From: Vulcanimicrobiota bacterium
GTDB taxonomy: Bacteria > Vulcanimicrobiota > Vulcanimicrobiia > Vulcanimicrobiales > Vulcanimicrobiaceae
Length of the DNA: 64,000 nt
Reading direction: 5' to 3'
Assembly: GCA_963714015.1 (NCBI GenBank)
Contig: OY970223.1
Location: 480,001-544,000, forward strand
A program made the translations under genes and the position numbers. This document shows, one piece after another, positions 1 through 9,749 of this stretch (the first letter of the stretch is position 1; each line of letters starts with the position of its first letter). The notes under the pieces are model-generated. The model made no database searches and was not told where the DNA came from. It was given only the letters and a program-made list of their open reading frames with translations.

Positions 1-1
1 C

Positions 2-559
2 GATACGGCGGTTCAAATGGGCGCGCAGGCCGTCAGCAACAGCTACTACGCGCAAGAGTATCGAGGCGAGCTGAAAGCCGACAAGTATTACCACCATCCG
101 GGTGCCGCAATCGTCGTCAGTTCCGGCGATCAACCCGCGTCGTACTATCCTGCCGCCTCACCGTTCGTAACAGCTGTCGGCGGCACGACGCTTAACCTCG
201 CGAACGGTCGCAGCGAAAAAGCTTGGGCGCCCGCCGGACACGGCTGCAGCGTCTACGAACCGAAGCCCAACTGGCAAGGCTGGACCGGCTGTGCGTCGCG
301 TTCGTCCGTCGACGTTTCGGCCGTTGCCGATCCGCAAACCGGTGTTGCATTCTGGGATACGACGTCCGGCGGCTGGCTCGTAGCCGGCGGTACCAGCATC
401 GCGTCGCCCATCGTGGCTGCCGCCTATGCGCTCTCAGCGAATCCCGAAGGACCGGGGTATTCTTATTCGCATCGCAGCGGGTTCAACGAGATTCCGCCCG
501 GTACGCGATATACGCTCGCCACGGGTCTGGGCTCGCCGAACGGCGTCACCGGATTCTAG
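2..559 (+). CDS. S53 (sedolisin-like) peptidase, C-terminal part; 5' end outside window
   Basis: VSSGD oxyanion motif, YPAASPFVTAVGGT, catalytic Ser motif GGTSIASP, C-terminal TGLGSP; frame open back to window edge. Confidence 0.85.
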   Translation, partial: DTAVQMGAQAVSNSYYAQEYRGELKADKYYHHPGAAIVVSSGDQPASYYPAASPFVTAVGGTTLNLANGRSEKAWAPAGHGCSVYEPKPNWQGWTGCASRSSVDVSAVADPQTGVAFWDTTSGGWLVAGGTSIASPIVAAAYALSANPEGPGYSYSHRSGFNEIPPGTRYTLATGLGSPNGVTGF

Positions 560-873
560 ACGCCGACCGCGTCGCTCGATCCGGTGTCCAGCGCCGCCTG
601 AACCGAGTCAAAGACCGGAAAGAGCTCTTCGAGTCCCGTAGCGCCGAGCAGCCGCCGCACGAAAGCAGACTTCACTGCGAGGCGTATGCGCGAAAGCTGT
701 CGCTCCTCGCGTTCTTTATGCGTCAGGACGAGCGCACAGATCAACGTGCTCGTGATGTACTTGGCCGCGGTAAGATCGAGCACCACCAAGGGACCGCTCC
801 CCGCGCATAACAAGCGCTGGTGCAGCTCCTCGCGCCGGTAGATGTCCCACTCGCCCGCCAACGATATAACCAT
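556..873 (-). CDS. STAS-domain protein / anti-sigma factor antagonist
   Basis: 105 aa, ISLAGEWDIY...VVLDLT..KYITST..LV...VRRLLGATGL..LFPVFDSV STAS pattern. Confidence 0.8.
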   Translation of the reverse strand: MVISLAGEWDIYRREELHQRLLCAGSGPLVVLDLTAAKYITSTLICALVLTHKEREERQLSRIRLAVKSAFVRRLLGATGLEELFPVFDSVQAALDTGSSDAVGV

Positions 874-981
874 CTCCCCTTCATCCTACCCCGCCGGCAG
901 GCAGGCGCGCCGTACTCAATTTACGGTATGTCGGCGCCTGCGCTTCAACACGTACGCTGTAGCGGTGGAGGAAGATTTCCA

Positions 982-2808
982 ATGAAGAGATTGACAGTGC
1001 TCGCGATTGCCGCGGGGCTATTGACGGCATCGTGCGCAGGACACAGCGGAAGTTCCGCGTTGCCCCAGGTGGGCGCCGGCGTTAAAAGCGGCGGTCCGAA
1101 CCGCCATATGAGCCAGCAAAACGTACCGCCGGGATGGGCCGCCACGGCGACGCAACCGGTCAACCTTGCCAATGCCGTCGACCTGGGAGCGCTTCCCGCA
1201 AGCCAGTCGCTCACGATTCGCGTGGGCCTAGCGCTCCGGAACCAAAGCCAGCTGCAATCGCTCGTAAGCAGCGGTCAAACCGTCGAACCGTCGGCGTTCA
1301 TGTCGAATTATGCGCCGACCAATGCGCAGATTTCGCAAGTTACGAGTTATCTTCAATCAAAAGGCTTCACCAGCATCAGCGCCGAGCCGAACAATCTGAT
1401 CGTCAGCGCCACCGCAACGGCGGCGCAGGCGCAGACGGCGTTCGACACGACGCTGCATTCGTTTTCAATCAAAGGCGTGACGGTGTGGGGCAACGTTACC
1501 CCCGCCTACGTCCCGGCATCGCTCGGCGGCATCGCCATCGCCGTATTAGGTTTGAGCAACGAACAGACTATGGCGGCGACGCCGCGCACCACGACCAAGC
1601 CGCAGCCCGCGCCGACGCCCTCGCCGACACCGGGACCGCCGTCGCCGTGCAGCTTGTACGGACTGGAGATCGTCGGATTCCCGACCGGACCGGAGCCTGA
1701 GCCCGACACGCAATACGGCTGTCTGCGCAACTATTATCCCGCCGACTACTGGCGCGCGTACGATGCACTCAAGGCGCCCACCGGCAGCAACGTAAGCATT
1801 GCGATCATGACCGCAGGTCAGTTGGGCGACGCAGTCAACAATCTGCGTCAGAATGAGACGTCGGACGGGCTCGCGCAGGTTCCCGTTATCACGAAGCAAG
1901 TCGGCGTTCCGGGCGGCGTGATCACGGACGGCGTAGACGAATGGACGCTCGACATGACCGCGTCCAGCGGCATGGCGCGCTCGCTCAAATCGCTCTACGT
2001 CTACGATACGACGTCACTGGACGATTCGGACATCGCACTCATGTACAACCGATGGGTGACCGATCGCCTCGGCAAGATCGGCAACTCGTCCTTCGGCGGA
2101 TGCGAATACGGACCGTTTTTGGACGGCTCGATGATTTTGGACGACGAGATCTTCTTGCAAGGCGCATCGCAAGGACAGACGATGTTTGCCTCGACGGGCG
2201 ACACGGGATCCTTCTGCCCGGTCGAAGTCGGCGTGAACGGCATCCCGGCCGGCCTTCCGCTCGTGAACTATCCCGCTTCTTCGCCGTACGTCGTCGGAGT
2301 CGGCGGAACGACGCTCGTCACGCAAAACGACGGATCCTATCAGAGTGAAGCCGCGTGGTATTCGGGCGGCGGCGGCGTCAGCCAATTCGAGTACTCGCCG
2401 GTGTGGGAATCGCCCGCGCAGCCCATCGGTCAGAACGCCGACATGCGCGGACTTCCCGACATCGCCATGGATGCGGATCTGCAGACCGGTATGAATCTGT
2501 ACGACGCGGATCAAGGCGGATGGATCGTCATCGGCGGAACGAGTCTGGCATCACCGCTCGCCGCCGGCACCTACGCGCGACTGCTCTCCGCCAATACCAA
2601 ACTCGGATTTGCGCCGCCGCAGTTCTACACCAACTTCACCTCGCACACAGCGGGCGCACAAGTAACGGGACCCCCGCCGTGGCAGCCGGACGGTGGATTT
2701 CACGACTTGCTCGTGGGAGCCAACGGAACATACACTGCGCTGCCGGGCTACGACTACACGACGGGTCTGGGTTCGATCGATGTGGGCGTGATGGCAACTC
2801 AACTCTAG
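982..2808 (+). CDS. S53 family peptidase with pro-domain, probable lipoprotein
   Basis: ATG 982 after GGAGG; signal/lipobox LLTASC; DEWTLD (E/D catalytic pair), ASTGDTG, GGTSLASP, YDYTTGLGS. Confidence 0.9.
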   Translation: MKRLTVLAIAAGLLTASCAGHSGSSALPQVGAGVKSGGPNRHMSQQNVPPGWAATATQPVNLANAVDLGALPASQSLTIRVGLALRNQSQLQSLVSSGQTVEPSAFMSNYAPTNAQISQVTSYLQSKGFTSISAEPNNLIVSATATAAQAQTAFDTTLHSFSIKGVTVWGNVTPAYVPASLGGIAIAVLGLSNEQTMAATPRTTTKPQPAPTPSPTPGPPSPCSLYGLEIVGFPTGPEPEPDTQYGCLRNYYPADYWRAYDALKAPTGSNVSIAIMTAGQLGDAVNNLRQNETSDGLAQVPVITKQVGVPGGVITDGVDEWTLDMTASSGMARSLKSLYVYDTTSLDDSDIALMYNRWVTDRLGKIGNSSFGGCEYGPFLDGSMILDDEIFLQGASQGQTMFASTGDTGSFCPVEVGVNGIPAGLPLVNYPASSPYVVGVGGTTLVTQNDGSYQSEAAWYSGGGGVSQFEYSPVWESPAQPIGQNADMRGLPDIAMDADLQTGMNLYDADQGGWIVIGGTSLASPLAAGTYARLLSANTKLGFAPPQFYTNFTSHTAGAQVTGPPPWQPDGGFHDLLVGANGTYTALPGYDYTTGLGSIDVGVMATQL

Positions 2809-2830
2809 ATCCGGCTAGCATCACCCCGGG

Positions 2831-2866
2831 AAGAGGCGCCGTCTCACGCACGGCGCTTCTTTCTTT
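2831..2866. terminator. Probable intrinsic terminator between convergent S53 gene and glmU
   Basis: AAGAGGCGCCGT-7nt-ACGGCGCTTCTT hairpin followed by T-rich tract. Confidence 0.6.
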
Positions 2867-4226
2867 AGTCCGGTTTTTTAGGAAGCGGCCGCGCGGGATT
2901 GCCGGCAACGCGCTCGCCCGCCGGAACGTCCTTGGTCACGACGGCGGACGCTCCGGTCAACGCGCCGTCGCCGACGGTGACCGGTGCAACAAGCGACGTG
3001 TTCGATCCGATCGAAACGCTGCGGCCGATCGTCGTTTTGTTCTTACGCACGCCGTCGTAATTGCACGTAATCGTTCCGGCTCCGATGTTGGTGTCCTCGC
3101 CGATTTCTGCATCGCCCAGGTAGGACAGGTGACTGGCTTTTACGCTCGGCGCGAGCTGCGAGTTCTTAATCTCCACGAAGTTGCCGATGTGCACGCGGTC
3201 GGAGAGCACCGTGTTGCCGCGCAGATGCGCGAAAGGACCGATCGTCACGTCGTCGCCGACGGTGCTCTCGATGATGACGCTCTCGCGAACCGTAACGCGC
3301 GCTCCGAGTCTTGCCGCGGAAAGCCGTGCATTGGGACCGATGACGCAATCTTCGCCGATCTCGCTCAAACGCCCGATGCTGGAGTTGGGATAAATCACGG
3401 TGTCCCGGCCGATGCGCAGTTCGGGTTCGACGTACGTTGTCTGGGGATCCACGATCGTCACGCCTTCGCGCATATATTGCGCGCACAGCCGTTCGTTCAT
3501 TTCCTTGCGCGCCTGTGCGAGTTCAACGCGATCGTTGATCCCGAGCACGTGCAGATGATCGGTCGCCATGACGGGGACCACCGGTCTTCCGTTGTTGACC
3601 AAATCCGCTATCGTGTCGGTCAAATAATACTCTCGCTGCGCGTTCTCGTTCCGCAGCCGGGCCGCGGCCTCGCGAAGCGCGGCCTCGTCGTAAGCGTAAA
3701 TGCCGGCGTTCATCTCGTCGACCGCGAGCTGGGCAGGCGACGCGTCGCGCGCTTCGACGATGCGTTCCACCTGCGTACCCCGCCTAATTACGCGGCCGAA
3801 GTTGGAAGGAAGCGGCATTCGCACGGTCACCATCGCCAGCCCTGCGGTCTGACCGTTCGCTGCCCCGGCACTTTGCAGCGATCCGACGGCGCCGCGAAAC
3901 AGCTCTTCGTTGACCAGCGGCATGTCTCCGTACGCGACGACGATATGGCCGCCGGCCTGCGGCGGCAACTCGCGCAGCGCTACTTGGACCGCGTGCCCGG
4001 TTCCAAGCTGTTCGTTCTGGACGATTCCGCGCACGCCGAATTCGGCAATCTTCGGCTGCAGTTCGTCGTTGGTTACGACGACGATCTCGTCGACTCCCGA
4101 ACGGCGGAGCGCACTGAGCACGTACCAAAGCATGGGTCTGCCGCACATCTCGTGCAGCACCTTGGCTTTGGCGCTCTTCATCCGCGTGCCTTTGCCCGCA
4201 GCCAACACTATCGCTCGAACGGCCAC
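2865..4226 (-). CDS. glmU: Bifunctional UDP-GlcNAc pyrophosphorylase / glucosamine-1-P N-acetyltransferase
   Basis: LAAGKGTRMKS, EQLGTGHAV, EYYLTD, hexapeptide repeats, HLSYLGDA, NIGAGTITCNYDG. Confidence 0.97.
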   Translation of the reverse strand: MAVRAIVLAAGKGTRMKSAKAKVLHEMCGRPMLWYVLSALRRSGVDEIVVVTNDELQPKIAEFGVRGIVQNEQLGTGHAVQVALRELPPQAGGHIVVAYGDMPLVNEELFRGAVGSLQSAGAANGQTAGLAMVTVRMPLPSNFGRVIRRGTQVERIVEARDASPAQLAVDEMNAGIYAYDEAALREAAARLRNENAQREYYLTDTIADLVNNGRPVVPVMATDHLHVLGINDRVELAQARKEMNERLCAQYMREGVTIVDPQTTYVEPELRIGRDTVIYPNSSIGRLSEIGEDCVIGPNARLSAARLGARVTVRESVIIESTVGDDVTIGPFAHLRGNTVLSDRVHIGNFVEIKNSQLAPSVKASHLSYLGDAEIGEDTNIGAGTITCNYDGVRKNKTTIGRSVSIGSNTSLVAPVTVGDGALTGASAVVTKDVPAGERVAGNPARPLPKKPD

Positions 4227-4227
4227 G

Positions 4228-5675
4228 TTAGTGCAGCGCCTCCAGCGCTGCCCGCAAACGGCGCAGCGATTCCACTTTTCCTAGCATCTCCATGCCGTCG
4301 AAGAGCGGCAACGAGGTCGGGCTACCGGTAATGGCGATGTAAAACAACCGCGCTACATCCTTGAATTTTACGGTTCCGTCGGCTTGCGCAACACCGCTTT
4401 TGAGGCGTTCGCCTATGGAAGACTGTTTCCAGGACCCGCTTTCGAGCGAGATTAGCGACTCGATCGCGCCGTCCAGCACTTGCTTGGCTCGATCCTCCGG
4501 AACTTTCGGCAGCGCGAGATCGCGCCGGCCGACCTCGGGAGCCTGCGCCAGAAACTCGATCATCGGAGCGACGCCGGCGAGCGTTTCGATGCGCGGCGCG
4601 ACGATGGCAGCGATACGCTCCCGCTGCTCCGCCGGTATCGCGCTGGGCCAAACAAAACCCCATTCCGCCAGAACGCTCAAGAACTCGACGGCAGAAAGAC
4701 GCCGAATCCACTGGCCGTTGAGCCAGTTCAGCTTCGACAAATCGAAAACCGGACCGCCGAGCGCGATGCGAGTCAGTTCGAAGCCGCGCGCCATCCCAAG
4801 GACCAGCGCCGACGGTCCCTCGCACTCGAGCAAATCGGGATTGTCGTTGCGCGAATCGATGAGCACTCCCAAGAAATTGAGCAGCGCTTCCGCCAAGTAT
4901 CCGCGTTCGCGGTAGTAAAGAATGCTCGTGGGGTTCTTGCGTTTGCTGAGCTTGCTCTTGTCCGGATTGCGCAGAAGCGGCAAATGGCAGAGCTGGGGGC
5001 TTCCCACCCGAAGTACCGATAGAGCAAAATGTGCTTTGGCGCGGAGCTGATCCATTCTTCGCCGCGAATCACGTGCGTGATCCCCATCAGATGATCGTCG
5101 ACGACGTTGGCCAGATGGTAGGTCGGGAAGCCGTCGGACTTCATCAGCACCTGCATGTCGACGCTTTTCCATTCGATCTCGATTCGCCCGCGGAGCAAGT
5201 CGGTAAAGACGCAGGTACCCTCTTGCGGCACTTTCATCCGAACAACTCCCGCAAGCCCGGCCTTCTGATTCGCGGAAACCTGTTCGGCGTTGAGTTGCAA
5301 GCAGTTGCCGTCGTAATGCGGCGGCTGCTTAGCGAGCCGCTGATTCTCGCGCATCTCTTCCAACCGCTCGGGCGTGCAGAAGCACCAAAAAGCGTCGCCT
5401 TGCGCGAGCAATCGATCGACGTGCTCGCGGTAAATCGCCGATCGCTCGCTTTGCCTGACCGGCTCACCGCTCCACTCTAGGCCGAGCCACTGCAGCGAGC
5501 GTAGAATCGCGCTCTCGGACTCCGCCGTGCTGCGCGCCCGATCCGTATCCTCGATTCGAAGCACGAACTCGCCGCCCTGACTCTTCGCAAAGCAAAGATT
5601 CACGAGCGCGACGTACGCAGTGCCTACGTGCGGATCGCCGGTCGGCGACGGCGCTACTCTGGTTCTGACACTCAA
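4228..5675 (-). CDS. gltX: Glutamate--tRNA ligase (one apparent missing base at ~4991-4999)
   Basis: [31 protein letters not shown] in one frame; HLPLLRN..KSKLSKR in the next frame; adding one base restores GWEAPQLCHLP. Confidence 0.93.
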
Positions 5676-5836
5676 GATGCGTTAATCCTTATTCCCAGGC
5701 GATCTTGGCGCAAGCGGTTCGCATTGCGGCCACAACGAGCTTTGCGAAGCGGGATTTGAGAGTCCGGACGGGATGCGCGGTTCACAACTCGTTCTTTGAA
5801 AAAACGAGACAGCGGCAAATTTGAGTGGACGTGATA

Positions 5837-6253
5837 TCAGCCCACGAGTTCGCGTCTTTTCCCGCACGCCTCTTGTACGAAATTGATGATGTCCGCAAGT
5901 GGAGCGCCGGGCGTAAAGATCGCTTGCACGCCTTTACGCCGCAGCTCCTCGGCGTCTTCGGGCGGAATCGTGCCGCCGCCGAAAAAGACGATGTCCGCGG
6001 CGCCTTGGGCTTTGAGCTGTTCGACGATCAAAGGGAAAAGCGTCATATGCGCGCCGGAGAGTATGGAGAGTCCGATCCCGTCGGCGTCCTCTTGAATCGC
6101 GGTCTGTACGATCTGTTCGGGGGCTTGGAAGAGCCCCGTGTAGATCACTTCCATCCCGGCGTCCCGCAACGCGCGCGCAATTACTTTGGCGCCGCGGTCG
6201 TGGCCGTCCAGTCCGGCTTTGGCGATGACGATTCGGAGCGGCCGCGAGCTCAT
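5837..6253 (-). CDS. Cobalamin-binding small subunit of acyl-CoA mutase (IcmB/McmB-like)
   Basis: AKAGLDGHDRGAKVIARALRDAGMEVIYTG (DxHxxG base-off motif), GLSILSGAH, FFGGGTIP. Confidence 0.93.
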   Translation of the reverse strand: MSSRPLRIVIAKAGLDGHDRGAKVIARALRDAGMEVIYTGLFQAPEQIVQTAIQEDADGIGLSILSGAHMTLFPLIVEQLKAQGAADIVFFGGGTIPPEDAEELRRKGVQAIFTPGAPLADIINFVQEACGKRRELVG

Positions 6254-6396
6254 CTCGGCGCTCCGGCTGGTTCCCTGACCGTTTGATGCTCTTCGAGTTC
6301 TTGCGAAAGACGCAGCGCCTCTTCCAACTTCCGCGTTACTTCTTTCAGTGTCTGCTCGGCGGCTTGCCGCTCGTCGTCATTGCGGATTCGCATCAT
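6250..6396 (-). CDS. 48-aa hypothetical coiled-coil microprotein
   Basis: [38 protein letters not shown]...; start overlaps upstream stop (TAATG) and its stop overlaps next start (ATGA). Confidence 0.7.
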   Translation of the reverse strand: MMRIRNDDERQAAEQTLKEVTRKLEEALRLSQELEEHQTVREPAGAPR

Positions 6397-8108
6397 TAAA
6401 ATGCAGCTCTCTCCGTGTAACGGCCGTAGACTTCGATCATTGCATCGGCGATTTCGCCTTCGGTGGCGTACGCGTTGACGCAATCGATCAGATGAGGCAT
6501 CAAGTTGTCGTTGGGATCCTTGCACGCGGCTTTGAGGCGATCCAGCATAGATTGCACAGTCTCGCGATTGCGGCGGTCGCGCACTTCTTGTACCGAACGG
6601 GCTTGCGCGCGCTCCACCTCTTCGGTGATCTTGAGCAGTTCGATGTCCGAGCGATCTTCGGGCCTCTCGAAGGCGTTGACGCCGACGATGACGCGATCTT
6701 TGGTCTCGAGCGAACGCTGGTATCGATAACTCGCGTCGGCGATTTCTCGCTGGAAGAAGCCGGCTTCTATCGCTTCGATTACGCCGCCGTATTCGTCGAT
6801 TTGACGGAAATAGTCTTCGGCTTCGCGCTCCATCTGCTCGGTCAGCGCTTCGACGTAATAGGAACCGCCGAGCGGATCCACCACGTTCGTGACGTTCGTT
6901 TCATACGCCAGAACCTGCTGCGTGCGCAGCGCTATCTCGACCGATTTTTCGGTCGGCAGCGCGAGCACTTCGTCCATCGAATTGGTGTGCAGCGATTGCG
7001 TTCCGCCCAGAACCGCTGCCATCGCTTCGTATGCGACGCGAACGATATTGTTCTCGGGTTGCTGAGCGGTCGCGCTGCACCCTGCGGTCTGCGTGTGAAA
7101 ACGCAGCTGCCACGACCTCGGATCTTTGGCACCGTACCGTTCGCGCAGATGGCGCGCCCAAATACGGCGAGCCGCACGGTATTTGCATATCTCCTCGAAA
7201 AAGTCGATATGCGCGTTGAAGAAAAAGGAGAGGCGCGGCACGAACGAGTCGACGTCCATGCCGGCGGCGATTCCCGCTTCGACATAGGCGAAGCCGTCGG
7301 CAAGCGTGAACGCCAGTTCTTGAACGGCTGTAGATCCGGCTTCCCGAATATGGTAGCCGCTGATCGAGATCGTGTTCCACTTCGGCATCTCATCGCGGCA
7401 GAACCGCATCATATCCACGATGACGCGCATGTGAGGGCGCGGCGGAAAGATCCACTCTTTCTGCGCGATGTATTCCTTGAGGATGTCGGCTTGAATCGTG
7501 CCGCCCAGCGCGGCGCGGGGAATGCCCTTCTTTTCAGCGGCGGCGATGTATTGCGCAAGTGCGATGCACGCCGGACCATTGATCGTCATCGACGTGGTGA
7601 TGTCGCCCATGTCGATGCCGTCGAAGAGCTGATCCATGTCCGCAAGAGAATCGATGGCGACGCCGCATTTGCCGACTTCGCCGCGCGCCTTCTTGGAGTC
7701 CGAATCGAAACCCATGAGCGTCGGCATGTCGAAGGCCACCGATAAACCGTGCTGGCCCTGGGAGAGGAGAAAATGATAGCGCTCGTTGGTCTGTTTGGCG
7801 GTGCCGAATCCGGCGAACTGACGCATCGTCCAGAGGCGGTCACGATACATATTTGGGTGGATCCCGCGCGTGTACGGGTACTGCCCGGGATAGCTCAGGT
7901 CGGTTGCCAAGTCCAGGCCGGCAACGTCCTGCGGCCCGTAGAGCGTCTTCAGAGGAAGGTCGGAGATCGTGCGATCGACCGCCCCGGAACCGGCGCCCTT
8001 GCGCCCTTTGCCGCGCGCGGACGCCGCTTCCCAGCCTTCTTTCTGCTCGGTAAATTCGTCGGTGGGTAGAGCGCCCAGACCGCTGGGACGCTGGATCATT
8101 TTTGCCAA
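6396..8108 (-). CDS. B12-dependent acyl-CoA mutase large subunit, isobutyryl-CoA mutase (IcmA)-like
   Basis: [67 protein letters not shown]; start may be ATG 8099. Confidence 0.9.
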   Translation of the reverse strand: MAKMIQRPSGLGALPTDEFTEQKEGWEAASARGKGRKGAGSGAVDRTISDLPLKTLYGPQDVAGLDLATDLSYPGQYPYTRGIHPNMYRDRLWTMRQFAGFGTAKQTNERYHFLLSQGQHGLSVAFDMPTLMGFDSDSKKARGEVGKCGVAIDSLADMDQLFDGIDMGDITTSMTINGPACIALAQYIAAAEKKGIPRAALGGTIQADILKEYIAQKEWIFPPRPHMRVIVDMMRFCRDEMPKWNTISISGYHIREAGSTAVQELAFTLADGFAYVEAGIAAGMDVDSFVPRLSFFFNAHIDFFEEICKYRAARRIWARHLRERYGAKDPRSWQLRFHTQTAGCSATAQQPENNIVRVAYEAMAAVLGGTQSLHTNSMDEVLALPTEKSVEIALRTQQVLAYETNVTNVVDPLGGSYYVEALTEQMEREAEDYFRQIDEYGGVIEAIEAGFFQREIADASYRYQRSLETKDRVIVGVNAFERPEDRSDIELLKITEEVERAQARSVQEVRDRRNRETVQSMLDRLKAACKDPNDNLMPHLIDCVNAYATEGEIADAMIEVYGRYTERAAF

Positions 8109-8254
8109 GAGTGCCTTCCCTTTGCCGGGCGGTGAAGTTTCGCCGCCGGCTCCGATTTTACCGCAGTATTCTCGCCCATTGCGGCGCGGCAGGCAGACTT
8201 CAAGGTCATAGCGGGCTCGGGCCGAGACGGCGCCCGCCTGCCGAAGCTAAGGGA

Positions 8255-8986
8255 TCAGGGCCCGTCGCAAGCCCTGACGGCCCCCAGCGCCGGCGCAATA
8301 AAGCCCAGCTCTTGCGCATGCAGCGCCTTCTGCACCGTGGCGGTCGGGGTGTTGAACATCAGGTCTTTCGTGACCGCCGTCATCGTGGCTCCGGGCGTCG
8401 CCACAGCTCGCGCGGGCGCCGGCGTGGTGTAATCGAGCGGATTGCTGTTGTTGTAGTCCGGCACGGCGCCCGCTGATACACTCGCAAGGGCGGGCGGGAG
8501 CGCTCCCGCGTTGAGCGTCCTTCCTGCGACCAGATCGTATTTCGCTGCGAGCGCGTACTGCAGCTTGGCGATGTTGTCCATTCTCGCGCGCAGCTCGTCG
8601 AGCGCGGGGTCTTTGCCCACGGGCGCGTCATGGTACGATTGCGCGAGCTGCTTCTCCACGCCGGCAACGCGCTGATAGATCAATGAAGCTTCCTGATCGA
8701 GTTTTGCGGCGTTCAGATTGAGCTCGCCGTTGGCCGTGTACGTTCCCTGCTGCCCCGTGTCGGACAGAACGTTGGTATCCCAACTTCGGTAGCGGGTGAG
8801 CTGCTTGTCCATCACGACGAATTGATCGCTGTTCTGCTTCTCGACCGTTACGAACGGCATCACCATATGGTGCAGCGCCGTGCACAGCGGACGTGCGGTG
8901 ATCTCAATAATCGTCTTGAGCGGTGTAGCCGAGGGCTGCGGCGCCGGCGAGGTCTGCAGCGCCAACAAAACGACGGCTTCGATCAA
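8255..8986 (-). CDS. Secreted hypothetical protein (paralogue B)
   Basis: Hydrophobic N-terminus + Pro/Thr linker; clear similarity to 8988-9749. Confidence 0.8.
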   Translation of the reverse strand: MIEAVVLLALQTSPAPQPSATPLKTIIEITARPLCTALHHMVMPFVTVEKQNSDQFVVMDKQLTRYRSWDTNVLSDTGQQGTYTANGELNLNAAKLDQEASLIYQRVAGVEKQLAQSYHDAPVGKDPALDELRARMDNIAKLQYALAAKYDLVAGRTLNAGALPPALASVSAGAVPDYNNSNPLDYTTPAPARAVATPGATMTAVTKDLMFNTPTATVQKALHAQELGFIAPALGAVRACDGP

Positions 8987-8987
8987 T

Positions 8988-9749
8988 CTATTGGCCGTCG
9001 CAGCTTTTCACAGCCGAGATTGCCGGCTTAGTGAAGGATAATTCCTGAACGAGCATCCCGCGATACAGATCGCCGCCGGAGGCGCGAATCAAAAAATCAC
9101 GATCGACGGGAGCATCGGTCCCGTTGGGCGGCGTCAACGCGCCTGCCGGAGGCGGAGTGAAAGAGTCCGCGATTGGGTCCTGATTGAAGTCGGGGATCAG
9201 CATCTGCGAGCTGTACGCCGGATCCTGAATGATGTTGAGCAGTCCTGTGGAGTCCAGCGTGCGTCCCGCAACGGCGTCGTACTTGCTGGCCAGCGCGTAC
9301 TGCAGTTTCACTATGTTGTCGATGCGCGCGCGAAGCTCGTCCAGCGCGGCATCGCTACCGGTGGGAATGTCACGGTACGAATGCGCGAGCTGCGTCTCGA
9401 CGTCCGCGAGCGATTGATACATCAAGGACGCTTGCTGATCGATTCGGCCGGCCTGAAGGAGCTGCGCTCCGTTGGCGGTGTTGCTGCCGTTGGCGCCCAG
9501 CTCGAGCGTCGTTCCGTGCGAGTCCCATTTATGATACTCGACGAGTTCCTTGTCCATCGTCTTGAACGATTCGTTGTTCTTCTTTTCGGTTATCACGAAC
9601 GGCAGCACGATCTTGTGCAGCGCCGTGCACAGCGGCCGAGCGCGCAGATGAATGATCGTCGGCAAGCTGGGTGCCGGCGTGGGGGACGGAAATAGCGCCG
9701 GCGTCTGACCGGCGAAGAACAGCAGTAAGAGCAGGGGCAGAGCGGTCAC
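8988..9749 (-). CDS. Secreted hypothetical protein (paralogue A)
   Basis: Signal-like MTALPLLLLLFFAG; shares ARPLCTALH, ALDELRAR.DNI.KLQYALA.KYD.VAGRTL and C-terminal CDG with neighbour. Confidence 0.8.
   Translation of the reverse strand: MTALPLLLLLFFAGQTPALFPSPTPAPSLPTIIHLRARPLCTALHKIVLPFVITEKKNNESFKTMDKELVEYHKWDSHGTTLELGANGSNTANGAQLLQAGRIDQQASLMYQSLADVETQLAHSYRDIPTGSDAALDELRARIDNIVKLQYALASKYDAVAGRTLDSTGLLNIIQDPAYSSQMLIPDFNQDPIADSFTPPPAGALTPPNGTDAPVDRDFLIRASGGDLYRGMLVQELSFTKPAISAVKSCDGQ

Noticed and set aside
820..981. Upstream-extended starts in the ORF track (820, 10242, 10924, 26810, 34493, 61513, 60148)
   Set aside because: They overlap neighbouring genes or promoters; downstream starts with SD, signal peptide or family-typical N-termini were used.
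8109..8254. Cobalamin riboswitch upstream of the mutase or the TonB receptor (18748-18828)
   Set aside because: No B12-box or GGGAA/GCCACTG core found; the intergenic spaces are short.
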